NCBI GenBank assembly: GCA_013265495.1
Contig: MU058423.1
Span: 8,541,627-8,605,626 of the forward strand
Direction: 5' to 3'
Length of the DNA: 64,000 nt
Origin: Vicugna vicugna
Taxonomy: Eukaryota
The position numbers and the translations under genes are program-made. How positions within the stretch are numbered: position 1 is the first letter of the stretch; each line of letters opens with the position of its first letter. Of this stretch, positions 27,390-37,889 are shown piece by piece. The notes under the pieces are model-generated. The model was not told the origin of the DNA. It saw only the letters and a program-made list of their open reading frames with translations, and searched no databases.

Positions 27390-28507
27390 CCACCATTTTG
27401 TTACCACAGATTTATTTTATACACATTCAACAGACACCAAACACTGCCGTAATAGTGAAAAAAAAATGGTAAACCTCTTCTGTGTATCACAGCAATCAAG
27501 TTCCCTTTAAAAAGGTTTAGAAAAAGCACAGTAATGATAATCCTCATCAAAATGAGATTTTAATTTAAGTAGCACTGTGACACAAGACCTTTTCACTTAA
27601 ACCTGGTATCATGATTTGAAAATTATTCGTTGCAACTATGTAGGCAAACTCGTGAAAAAGCCCACTTCTAGTTCTCTGCTCACCTAACATACATCGGGAG
27701 AGTGTTCAATTTTACTGCTCATCTTCAATATCAGCAAATGTTTCTGATTATAAATTACCATTTAAACTACATGGCATAAACTTTCTTAGAAAATAAAGAT
27801 AACAGAATATTTAAGGTTATGTGATGTACATACCAAGTGTAACTTGATAATGCAAAGTTAGTTGCCAAAAGCAGCATACTTGTTTTAGGGTCCTATCTTT
27901 AAACACTAAATATTAAAGTGTATTTTTAAACTTTTTTTCAGTGACCACTTTCTGAAGATATTTTAATATGGAAAACTTCTTAGATACAAAAAAGAAACCT
28001 GATCAATGAAGCAAAATATAATAAATGTTAACAGAACATCCGGCAAAAGAAACTTCTGAATGGGATTTTATGTAAGGTCTATTGAAAGCAAAAACAAGGA
28101 AAAGGAGAAAGAACCTATAAATTGAGATTTAAGAGACATTATCAACCAAACCCTACAGATCTTGTTTGGATTTTGATTTATAAAACCAACTTTTAGAAGA
28201 ATTTATGAGACAATAAGGGACATCTGAACACCCACTCACTGGATATTTGATATTAATAAATTATTAATTTTTACAGGCAAGAATGGCATCAGATCATGTT
28301 GAAAAGGGGAGGCTCTTACCTTTTAGGGACTCATACTGAAGTAGTTATGGAAGAAACTACACTATATCAATTAATTAGCAAGAAATTGGAAAATCCGTAG
28401 AATCCTGTTATTTGTATAAGCTGTTAAACTAATGAGAGTTACAGTGAAAAACCCACGACTCCACTGCATTCCATTATACAATCCTCTACTTTAAAAAAAA
28501 ATGCTCA

Positions 28508-28601
28508 GGGGAGGAGGGCATAGCTCAGTGGTAGACCACTGTACTCAGCATGCATGAGGTCCCGGGTTCAATCCCCAGCACCTCCATTAAAATAAATGAA
28601 T
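28508..28601 (+). mobile_element. Short tRNA-derived SINE (camelid type)
   Basis: Pol III A box TAGCTCAGTGG and B box GGTTCAATCCC, followed by A-rich tail. Confidence 0.85.
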
Positions 28602-31600
28602 AGGAAAGCAAAAGTCGTCACCATAATCTGCAAGTAATGTCTTTTGATAAGGGAAAAGTCAACAAAAGTCCAAGATATTTAACACTTTCAATTCTATAGA
28701 AAAGTATCTGACTAATGGAAGCATTTTCCTTTACCAAGGAATTACTTGACAAACATATCCTATGACATATTACACAGAAGTAGGACCATACCAGTAACTG
28801 GTATGGCCTAGAACATCTTGAACAAATGCTTACTTTGCTAATACAGAGTTAGATGAGTTTCCCCTATGTCTAAGGGGAAAATGGTTGTAACAGCTTTGGT
28901 AGAAAATCACTGAAATTAAATCTTTTAACTGTGAAACAAAGATAAAATAGAAGAGCATAAAACAAAATAAAAGCAAGCTTTATTAAAATACTAGGGAAAA
29001 AATCATAGTATGCAGGGAAAATTTGGGTAACAGGTGCTTCTGGGCTCTTCTACTCTGGAAAGTAAAAACTCTTGGGTCTTCTACACTTTCCACCTGTAGA
29101 AGAGGTCAGATTGGCTTCTCTGTCTCTCTAGTCCCATTTCCTGAGCCTAGTGAAAAATCCTTGACCTTCAAAATACCTGGTTGACTGGAACAAAGATGAC
29201 ATTTGTAACTAGGCATGACCATGTGATACAACTTAAGCCACTGAAACCTCAGTGAAAGTGCTGTGTGTTAGCATCCAGATAAATCTGCTTAAAAGACACT
29301 GGACACACTTTTTACCTCTTTTTCTCTCCATTCTAGATATTCTGCTGCCAGGGATGTCTGAAACTCTAATAGCCTTCTTTGAAACCAAGTTTTATCTTGT
29401 TCAAGCAATCACTAATTTGGCTTTTTTCTGTAACTGGAAAAAGAACTTAATCCTAGATGGCACAAAACCATATTATTACACATATTATATTACTTTGTGA
29501 TTAGTTACTCAACATAAATAAGTAAATGTAAATATAATGCTAGAAGGCAAAGAACCCTAGAAGGAAATATCACAAATGGTATTTCTACTATTTTCCTACT
29601 AACTTCTAAGAATAAGAGAAAGGAGGAATTTAATGCTTCACCCCCACTGCTCCCAGACACAACAGGGGTAGTTAGCATGGTTACTGCAGGTAGATTAACT
29701 CCCTATATTCATTATTCCTTCACTCTTTCATTCAGCAAACATGTATCAAGCATACTATGTGCCATTTACTAAGGTGCCTGAATAACACAGAAAAGATCCC
29801 ACTTTAAAAAAGTTAACACTCTAGTAAAAGGTAAAAGGCACTGGATATTTAATGGGGGAATAATAGACAAAGAGCTTTGTTACTCTTCCACTGAGAGTAC
29901 ATTTTCACCATTAAAAATATAAATCAACTATAATTCTTATTTAAAATGAAGGTGCTGAACAAAAACCAAAACTATTTAACATTTTTTTGCAAGTAGATCA
30001 ACTGTTTCTATGAACTCTTACTTGTGAAGAGAGAGTATGTTTTAACCTAGCTTTTAATCCCATAATGGCAAAAGATTCTTGACACTTCCTAACATCTTGA
30101 AACTTAATTTCTACAGAATGAAAAGGAACATAGAAATGACAATGACCAAAAAAAAATTTTTTTTGGTAAGAAATTTTTTTTGGTAAGAAATTTACTCAAG
30201 AAACTTATAATCTAATTGAACCTTCAGGAACAGAGATAATCTAGCCTTATAAGGAAACTGTTGATCACCACCAAAATTTGTAGTGTCTAAATAAGACAAA
30301 AAGCCAGATTATGGAAAGGCTCAAGCAATTTCTAAGTCTGCCAAGGCTTCAATAGGAACATATTTTTACTCTCAATCAACTGATAAAAATTAATATTGGG
30401 TAATAAGTGATTGTGGACCTGGAGGTTAACATTATAATGAATACCTGCTAATTAACCTAGGTTATGACAGACAGTAGATCAAAGCTAGACTGTAAATCTG
30501 TAAAATACAACATAATGAAAGAGAGTGAACTGGAGAAGCAGCCAAAAGTCAGAGTCAGCCAACCGAGGGCAGAACAAGTCATGCATTACTGATGTTTTCC
30601 TTATATACTGATGAATATTGACAAATGGCTTGAAAAACAATGGTTTTAGTAATTTCCTCAATAGATCTCTGCAGATGAAAAGAACTAATAAACATAACTT
30701 TCCATAAAGAGATGGTTTAAGCACTTCAAACATGAACCCCTTGAACAAGACATTCCACATCGTAATTCATTCTATGGAAGGCAATTTATGCAATGGAACT
30801 GACATATAATGTATTATAATATAAAGTGACTGTAGTAAAGCTGTACATAGGCAAAGCAAGATACAGTCTTGATACAGTTAGCACATATGCCACAATATGG
30901 CATAATTTAGGAGGGACAAAATACATTATAAATATTGTATATTTATAATCAAGTATGATTATTTCAATACAAGTTAAGGCAATACAGTGCTTTTAACATG
31001 TACAATATATTGAAGGGTATTAATATTACAGGACACATATATCTGATTCCTAGAGTATTAAAAATGGTTACTACATATACTGAGATTTTATTATGCTTCA
31101 ATATGCCTTTTACACTCAAGTGGTGACTAAACCAATAACCTTCATTCTCTTGCAGTATTTTTTATGAAACTGAATTATTTGAATTGAAAAGTCTACCTTT
31201 TCATATGAAAGTATTCATGTCACAAAAACTGGTGGTATCACCTAATGTCATTGTTCAGTCTCAATAAAGATCAAGATAAGCAATTCTCTCTGAAAATGGA
31301 CTTTAAAGGACCCAGATGAAGTCGTCTTAATTAGAATTTTATCAGATTCTCAGCTGAGTGTGATATTTAAAGAGGAATCAGTACACCTACAAGTGTGATG
31401 ATCTTATTGTTAGCTGAACAGTTTTACAAGACCTTAAGTTACTCAACAGGAAATACCTAGGTAATAGTACTACATTTCCAGAGTTACACTGGATATACCT
31501 CTTCCCAAAGCAGTCAAAACCAAAAATAACCAAAGATGACACCAAAACCACCAACTCAAGATATGTAATGCTTTTAGAAAATTATATGGGATTTCCTACT

Positions 31601-32160
31601 GCAGTCAAGACCAGACGAAAATCATGAGCCAACAGTTTCAGCATAAAATTAAGAGAAGAGAATGAAACACATTTATCCAGATATCTCCGTTAAAACCTCT
31701 TCCTCATTTCAAGACTTAATAATAAATTAAGCGGACATATCTGACATGCCCTCTCAGAATTTTAAGGATGAAATCTAAATGCCACTCCCCCCCAGAGAGG
31801 CAGGAAACGGTTTTCTTCCGATTCCAAGAAAGTGGTCAAAGCTAAGGTGTGTAGTTAGAGACAAAAGACTCTTTCCATCTGTCAGAATGAGGAGGGGACT
31901 TGTCACTGTGGTTGGACGGAGTGGGCGGTGGGAGGAGGAGGAGGCGGGACTCAAATCTTAACTGCTGCACTTGATGGTCCCGGATCTTAAGAAATGTAAC
32001 CATGCCGGGCTGGTGTAGATGCGAGAAGACAACTCAGCAGCAGAGGTGGTGGCAAAGGCAAGACCTGCACCTCCTGGTGAGGAGCTACGTGGCACTAAGC
32101 AAACAGTGCTTCGTCTCCCCCACCCCTGCTTCCGCCCCAACCCTTTTCCCCTTTGGTTAC

Positions 32161-32262
32161 CAGTTGCTCCAGATGCCGTAGAGTAGTTCAACAAAAGCGA
32201 AAGAGAGGTTCAGGCACAGGAAGAAAAACAGGTTCCGAGACGTCTTGTCGGACAGGATAGAC
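32161..32262 (-). CDS. SLC30A7: ZnT7 coding exon 2 (102 nt)
   Basis: Acceptor TTGCCCAG, donor GTAACC; encodes SILSDKTSRNLFFFLCLNLSFAFVELLYGIWSN (TM1). Confidence 0.97.
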
Positions 32263-32379
32263 CTGGGCAAGACACAAGTGGAGAAGAGCCGGGGAAAGTC
32301 AAAGGGGTGCCAGGACCCGGAGGCTGGATTCCCCTTTCAAGACCCTCCCAGTCCACACGTTCCTTTCCGCACAACGAAC

Positions 32380-33650
32380 GAGGAGGGTGTCCCTGACGCT
32401 CCCTCCCTGGACCTCGGGTCATTCTTAGGTCTGGGCCTTCTCCCCTTCTGCCGGACACCCCCTTCCGCAAACACAGCAGCCCGCACCTAAACCAGCCTGA
32501 GATCTTGCCGAACAGATTGAACTTGGGTGGTTTGTATTCATCGTCCTTGATGGACAGGGGCAGCATCTTCTCTGCCCGGCGAAGGGCCGGGTCTACTCCC
32601 GTCTAGAAGTGGCTCCGTGGGTGATGGCAGTGACAGCGGCGACGCCTCAGATGGGAATCCCCAGCGCTCGTCCCGGGCCGCGCGCCGCCTGGAGACACAG
32701 ACAGACTCAGACACACACCCGGGACCCCGCCGACTTCCGGCCCGGGCCGCGCAACGCGTCCTGGGACGGGAACGGGGGAAGGCGGGGCCGGGGCGGGGCT
32801 TGCGCCGCAGGGGCGGGGCTTACGGCCCGGGCGAAGTTGCGCGCGATTTGTTGTGGGCAAAAGGGGGTGGTGACCACCAGGTGGCCGCCCTGGAGTGGAG
32901 TCCCGCCGCTTGCACTCAGGAAGAAAATTCCGAGGTTGCTAGCCGCAGACTGGGCTGGATGGGAGGTTGAGAGCCCGCTTACGCCCACCCCGACCGCCTA
33001 CCACTGATGTTTCCGGATGCGCCAGCGTCCAGCGCCTGCCCTTTCGCCATTTCCCCTGTAAGCCTTAAATCTCGGTGCACTAGGAAGGTAGTTTAAAGAA
33101 TCCAGCGGGCAACGCGATCTCTTGCCGCCACTCGGCAGGAAGCGCGAATGATGGTTTTGCTGGGTGAACTCGATGGGAGCCCAAATCCTAGTGATCCGCC
33201 CCGCCCCGCCCCCTGACCTTTCCGTACTGCCACGCGGGAGACAATCAGTAAATGTCTTTCGAAAAAATGTTCAGTGTATTTAAGAGCCCTTTAAAAGCAG
33301 CTCCTACGGGACAGTGGTGAATTGAGGTTTGGGTAGGGCATTGCCTCCACGACAATCTCAATCCGTTGCTAACCCATAGCTCAGGTTCGAACGCGCCCCC
33401 TTCACTTCCAGGTCGCCCCGGAGGCCGCGGCCGCGGCTCTAATTCTCGTCAGAACCCCGCTGCGCATTTCAGGGACGTGCGGGAAAAACTGGCTCGGCTG
33501 TGGGACGCGAGGGCGTGCGCAGCGCAGGGAGGCGAGACTGGCGGGCCTGTCCTGGGCGCCCGCGGTCGCTGGGACTCATCTTCGGGCGCTTCTCCGGGAA
33601 ATCGTTTGGGTAAGGTTCGATGGTCCATCACTGAATGATTAAAAGTTGTC
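32380..33650. promoter_or_regulatory. CpG island / bidirectional promoter of SLC30A7 (-) and EXTL2 (+)
   Basis: Sharp rise in GC and CpG; GC boxes at 32781-32819 and 33196-33212; ETS-type ACTTCCGG at 32733-32740; YY1-like CGCCATTT at 33045-33052; lies between divergent genes. Confidence 0.9.
32487..32566 (-). CDS. SLC30A7: Zinc transporter 7 (ZnT7), coding exon 1 (80 nt)
   Basis: ATG at 32566; translates MLPLSIKDDEYKPPKFNLFGKISGWFR, the ZnT7 N-terminus; donor AG|GTGCGG. Confidence 0.97.
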
Positions 33651-33985
33651 ACCTCAGGGGAGAAAAGGGGAAGGGGAGGACTGGCTTTTGGAGGTGGGCT
33701 AGAAACTACAGAATCGAGCTTCTTGGGAACAGCCTCTTAGTCTGACGGGAAGTGGAGCGTCACCGAAAGGGAGGGGCAAGCACCCGGGGCTGTCCCCTGC
33801 TTCAGGCTCCGTCTGCGGGCAGTGTTTGCCCAGGTTATCAGTTCAGCGAATCATGTTGGGTGGATGCACTCTGATGGCTTAGGAAAAAACAAAAAACGAG
33901 CAAGCGAGACGCCCCTCCCGTTTTATGATAACCAAGCTGCAAGTAAATAAATCGTCTGATCCCACTGCAGTCTTCTGCACTCAAG
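33400..33985 (+). other. EXTL2: Candidate non-coding first exon(s) of EXTL2; donors after 33609 (TGG|GTAAGG) and 33985 (AAG|GTAAGG)
   Basis: Two strong 5' splice sites on + strand at the edge of the CpG island, upstream of the 36194 acceptor; start coordinate is a guess. Confidence 0.5.
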
Positions 33986-36267
33986 GTAAGGAAACAGCAG
34001 AATGTTCTCGTGTTAGAATATTTTTTGCAGTGAGGATGTGTGTTTTACGCTCCTTCTTGGACTTTTTGAATGTGTAGGGTAGTGATTCGGTGGTTTTATT
34101 TTTTAAAATATAATTTACTTATTCTACAATTTTTTAAATGTTCATGTTAGTTAAAACTGTGTAAAAACAGCTAGATTCCAGAAATTAAGTTCTAGAAAGA
34201 GTATTTTGTCTTTGCCTTGCTTGACATATATTTCATTATTTTAGCTTAAACAGAAATATTTTCAATTAATAGTATTTACTTACATTTTTAGAAAGCACTT
34301 TATATTAACCACATACTGAATTTTACTCTACTGCACTGATGGGGAAACATTAAGTGGGTACAAACTAGGTTAGAGATAAATATTTCCATGGCAATTGAGG
34401 TTTTCCCCCCAAAGCTTCTTTATTTCAATATGGTGTAAATTGGAGGTTGGGGGGAGGATATATAGAAATAACTAAATTTCAACAACTGATTTCCAGCGTT
34501 CTCTTAACTCATCAAGGTCAGCTGCAACTTGAGCCTGTGTTTTTGTGTTCTGCCTTTGAAATAAATTCTGCATTTTATCCTATGTTGCTGCAGATGAGAA
34601 ATTGCTCAGCTGGTTTATGGAGAAATCTGCAGTACCCTTTTTCAAATAGTTTTGAAATAAGTTGGAGAAACTGAAGTTTAATTTCAGATATATTGGTTCT
34701 AAATTCCTCTATTTCTGTCCCCCAGCGTATAAGATAACTAATCCCCGGGGGCCTTCTTTCAAAAAGCGGCAATGACACTTCGCATTTTTCATTCTTAGGT
34801 GACATGGTTACCAACTTCAACACTAAAGGCATTTTATTAGAAATATAAATTGCATACTATTTAAATCAGGAAAAGTTCTATAAGTGGAAAATGTTTGACT
34901 GTGTCTCATTTCTTTTGTCATCTTGAAATAATTTTGTCCCATATATGGTAACTGATATATGTTGTCACATCATAGTTAAGTTAGTTTCTTTCATTCATTC
35001 AACAGACATTTAATGAGTGTCTACTATATGCTAGGCTTTGTGCTGGGTGTGGGGTGGGGGAAAGGCAGTGGGTTGCAAAGCCTGGTAAGTCAAATTTCTT
35101 TCCCTGGAGGAATTTTATGGGAAGAAGAAGCTGATGTGAGGAGAGGGCAAATCAGTCCAGGGTTTTAGAACTGCGAGATGTTTAAGATGTGTACAGGAGA
35201 TGCTTTGGGTGTAGCGAGGAGGGACACCTGTCACTCAGTGAGTCTTTAGACACTTGTTAAGCCATCCTTTTGCCCCTCCAATAATTTGTATCATGAAAGA
35301 ATATGATTTTGGGAAATCAAAAATGATTCTTCGGCTCTATTCAGATGGTCATTACAGATGCAGTATCTTGCAATTCTCCAATCAATTTTTAATTTCTTCA
35401 TATGCTATAAGATTAAATGGGTTTGTAAATTACAAAATACATATATTAATGAACATTTTTAAGCTAATAAATGGATTTCTACCCTGAACTTTTTAGTATT
35501 TGTTTAGATCATCTACTAATTAATTGCATTAGGTTAACTACGCAGACTCTATGGGGAAAAAACCCCAGCTTCTCCAAACTTGTGACTGAAGACTGAGAAA
35601 GAGAGCAGAGAGGATTAAGGGGCAGAAGCTCATCTCCTCCAGCCAAGGGTCCAGTTCCTTTTGCGCAACAGTCAGTAAGGAACAGGAAGAATGCCATCTG
35701 TCATTCCTCAGTAATCCACCTGGCATTTATCTGCTACCCTATTTTGGACCCTGTGGTTTTTAGTACTTCATACTGAATGTCCTATGAACCTTTAGTGAAA
35801 AAAGGAGTTTTGATGGTAGATAAAACTACAGATATTTAAAAATCTGAAAATTGAATACAAGTGCAGATTGCTAATGCGTCCAGAGGTCTTGCTCCCAGGC
35901 ACGTATGTTCTGGTTTCAAATGTGTAAACACATTAGATCATCAGGCGATGTGAGTTTATTCTGCTTCTGGGTACTTAAGAGAAAGATGAAAACGAGAATA
36001 TAGCAGTGTTAGCACCTACCTGACAGGAAGACATCGTCTACCTAATTGCCTAAGTGTAATTTTTAGAACACAGTATAGCAAATTTTAAAAACAATTCAAA
36101 CCCTACGGATTATGGCATTAAAAAACATTATTTAAAAAAATTCCTGCTGATTGACAAAAACATCACAGAAAATTCTTTGATTTCCCTTAATAGTGCCAAG
36201 AGAGCCTGTACCTGTCAATTACTGAAGCCGTAAGGAAAATTTTTTAAACAATTAAAACTTTACCATA

Positions 36268-36272
36268 ATGAG
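36268..36272 (+). CDS. EXTL2: EXTL2 first coding segment (ATG AG) at the end of a mostly non-coding exon (about 36194-36272)
   Basis: ATAATGAG|GTAAGT consensus donor; upstream acceptor TTTCCCTTAATAG ending 36193; joined to 46310 gives MRCCHIGKLPGRVMG, matching the known EXTL2 N-terminus. Confidence 0.85.
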
Positions 36273-36294
36273 GTAAGTACCAGTGTCATTTTTT

Positions 36295-36775
36295 TTACTT
36301 TTTAAAAATAGTGGTAAAATACACAGAACATAATATTTGCCATCTTAACCATTTTGAAGTATGCAGCTCAGTGGTGTTAAGTGTATTCACAGTGCTGAGC
36401 AGCCAAAATCAAGAACGTTTTCATCCTGCAAAATGAAACTCCACAACCATTAAACAACAACTTCCCATTTCTCTGTTCTCCAGCCCCTGGCAACCACCAT
36501 TCTGCTTTCTGTTTCTATGAATTTGACTACTCTGGATTCCTCATGTAAGGGGAATCATACAGAGTTTTTCCTTTTGTGACTGGCTTCTTTCACCAAGCAT
36601 GATGTCCTCAAGGCTCATCCATGTTGTAGCATGTATCAGAAGTTCCTTCCTTCTAAAGTCTAAATAATATTCCATTGTATGTCTATACTACATTTTGTTT
36701 ATCTGTTCATCTGCCAGGGAACATTTGGGTTGCTTCCACCTTTTGGCTATTGTGAATAATGCTGCTCTGGACGTG
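36295..36775 (-). mobile_element. L1MB/MA-like 3' end fragment
   Basis: CAGCCCCTGGCAACCACCATTCTGCTTTCTGTTTCTATGAATTTGACTACTCT...GCTATTGTGAATAATGCTGC. Confidence 0.85.
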
Positions 36776-37860
36776 GTGAAGTACTAGTATTTTTTATCTA
36801 AGAAAAAATGTTTCCTACAGGGTTATTTTCGCTTCCTTGGAAATAAGAGTTTTTACTTAAGCAAGCGTCTGTTAGAAAATACTGTGATGCCTCTTTTAGG
36901 TCTTATCCGTTGAAACAGTAGCCCAGATTATAGAATACAGTCAATGCCTACAAAGTTCAAATATTTTTGTAGACTAGAACAGAGCTGAAAATAGAGACTA
37001 TGCAAAAGACACTGGATATACAAAGTGGGTCAAATGTGAGAGTTGGGAGTTTGTTCAGACCTGCCACTCTTTCCATGGCTCAGGAAACGTCATTTAATCT
37101 TCTCAGTCTCAGCTATCCCATCTACAAAATGGGGTGGATATATTTTAATTCCCATCATTCTAGAGATGTGAAACATTACCAATTTGAGATGTTAGGTAAC
37201 GTAAAGGAGGAAGAGGTCTGACAACTCTCATTACTTTTTCTAAACTCTCTCAGGACGGGAATCAGTGGTCTTGCTCGTCACCATCCCTAGTACCTGACAG
37301 TGCTGGGCACACGGTAGGCACCGATGGATGTTTGTGGACTGACAGATAGCTACAATAAAGTCTAATCAAGCTAATATGAGTTGAGATTGCTTCCCTGTTA
37401 ATTTTGACAGCTAAAACTATTTACAACTCGTAATTCATATGCACGAAATCTGTTTCTCTGAGAGAAGCAATTTTAAGAATGTGAGTGTTTTGCTGCAAAT
37501 GAATATTGTATAAAAAGGAGAGCGTTCCATAGAATATTCCAGGAATCTGTTGCCCAGCAATTTTGCCTCCCCTGCATTTTCCTGTGACTAAAACAGAAAG
37601 AAGTTCAATGAAAAACTTCGGTATTCTGGAATGGTAAGAGTAATATATTTGCAGATGTACTTGGTTTCCTTTTTGACCCATTTCGGGAACTAATTTTGCA
37701 TGGCGCTGTGCTGAGCTAAAAATGCCTTTCTATTCCTAGGCTTTCTTAGGATGCATTGACTTCTTGGATCCTTATAAGTTATGGATGTTCTTCTTAGGAA
37801 TAAGGCCTTTCCTACTCCTGCCCTGGTATATGCCCATAAGTCTGGTCATCTCCAAACATT

Positions 37861-37889
37861 ATCATCATCATCATCATCATCATCATCAT
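37861..37889. repeat. (ATC)9 microsatellite
   Basis: Perfect trinucleotide run. Confidence 0.95.

Noticed and set aside
28508..28586. Possible tRNA gene (A and B boxes)
   Set aside because: I could not fold a convincing cloverleaf; A-rich tail and a diverged second copy with TSD at 59040-59139 indicate a SINE.
32210..33652. Cluster of overlapping 67-132 aa ORFs in the CpG island
   Set aside because: Expected in GC-rich DNA poor in stop codons; only the first 27 codons of 32210..32566 are real (SLC30A7 exon 1).
33701..33730. ACTACA half-site resembling a ZNF143/SBS motif
   Set aside because: Lacks the required TCCCA continuation; match too weak.
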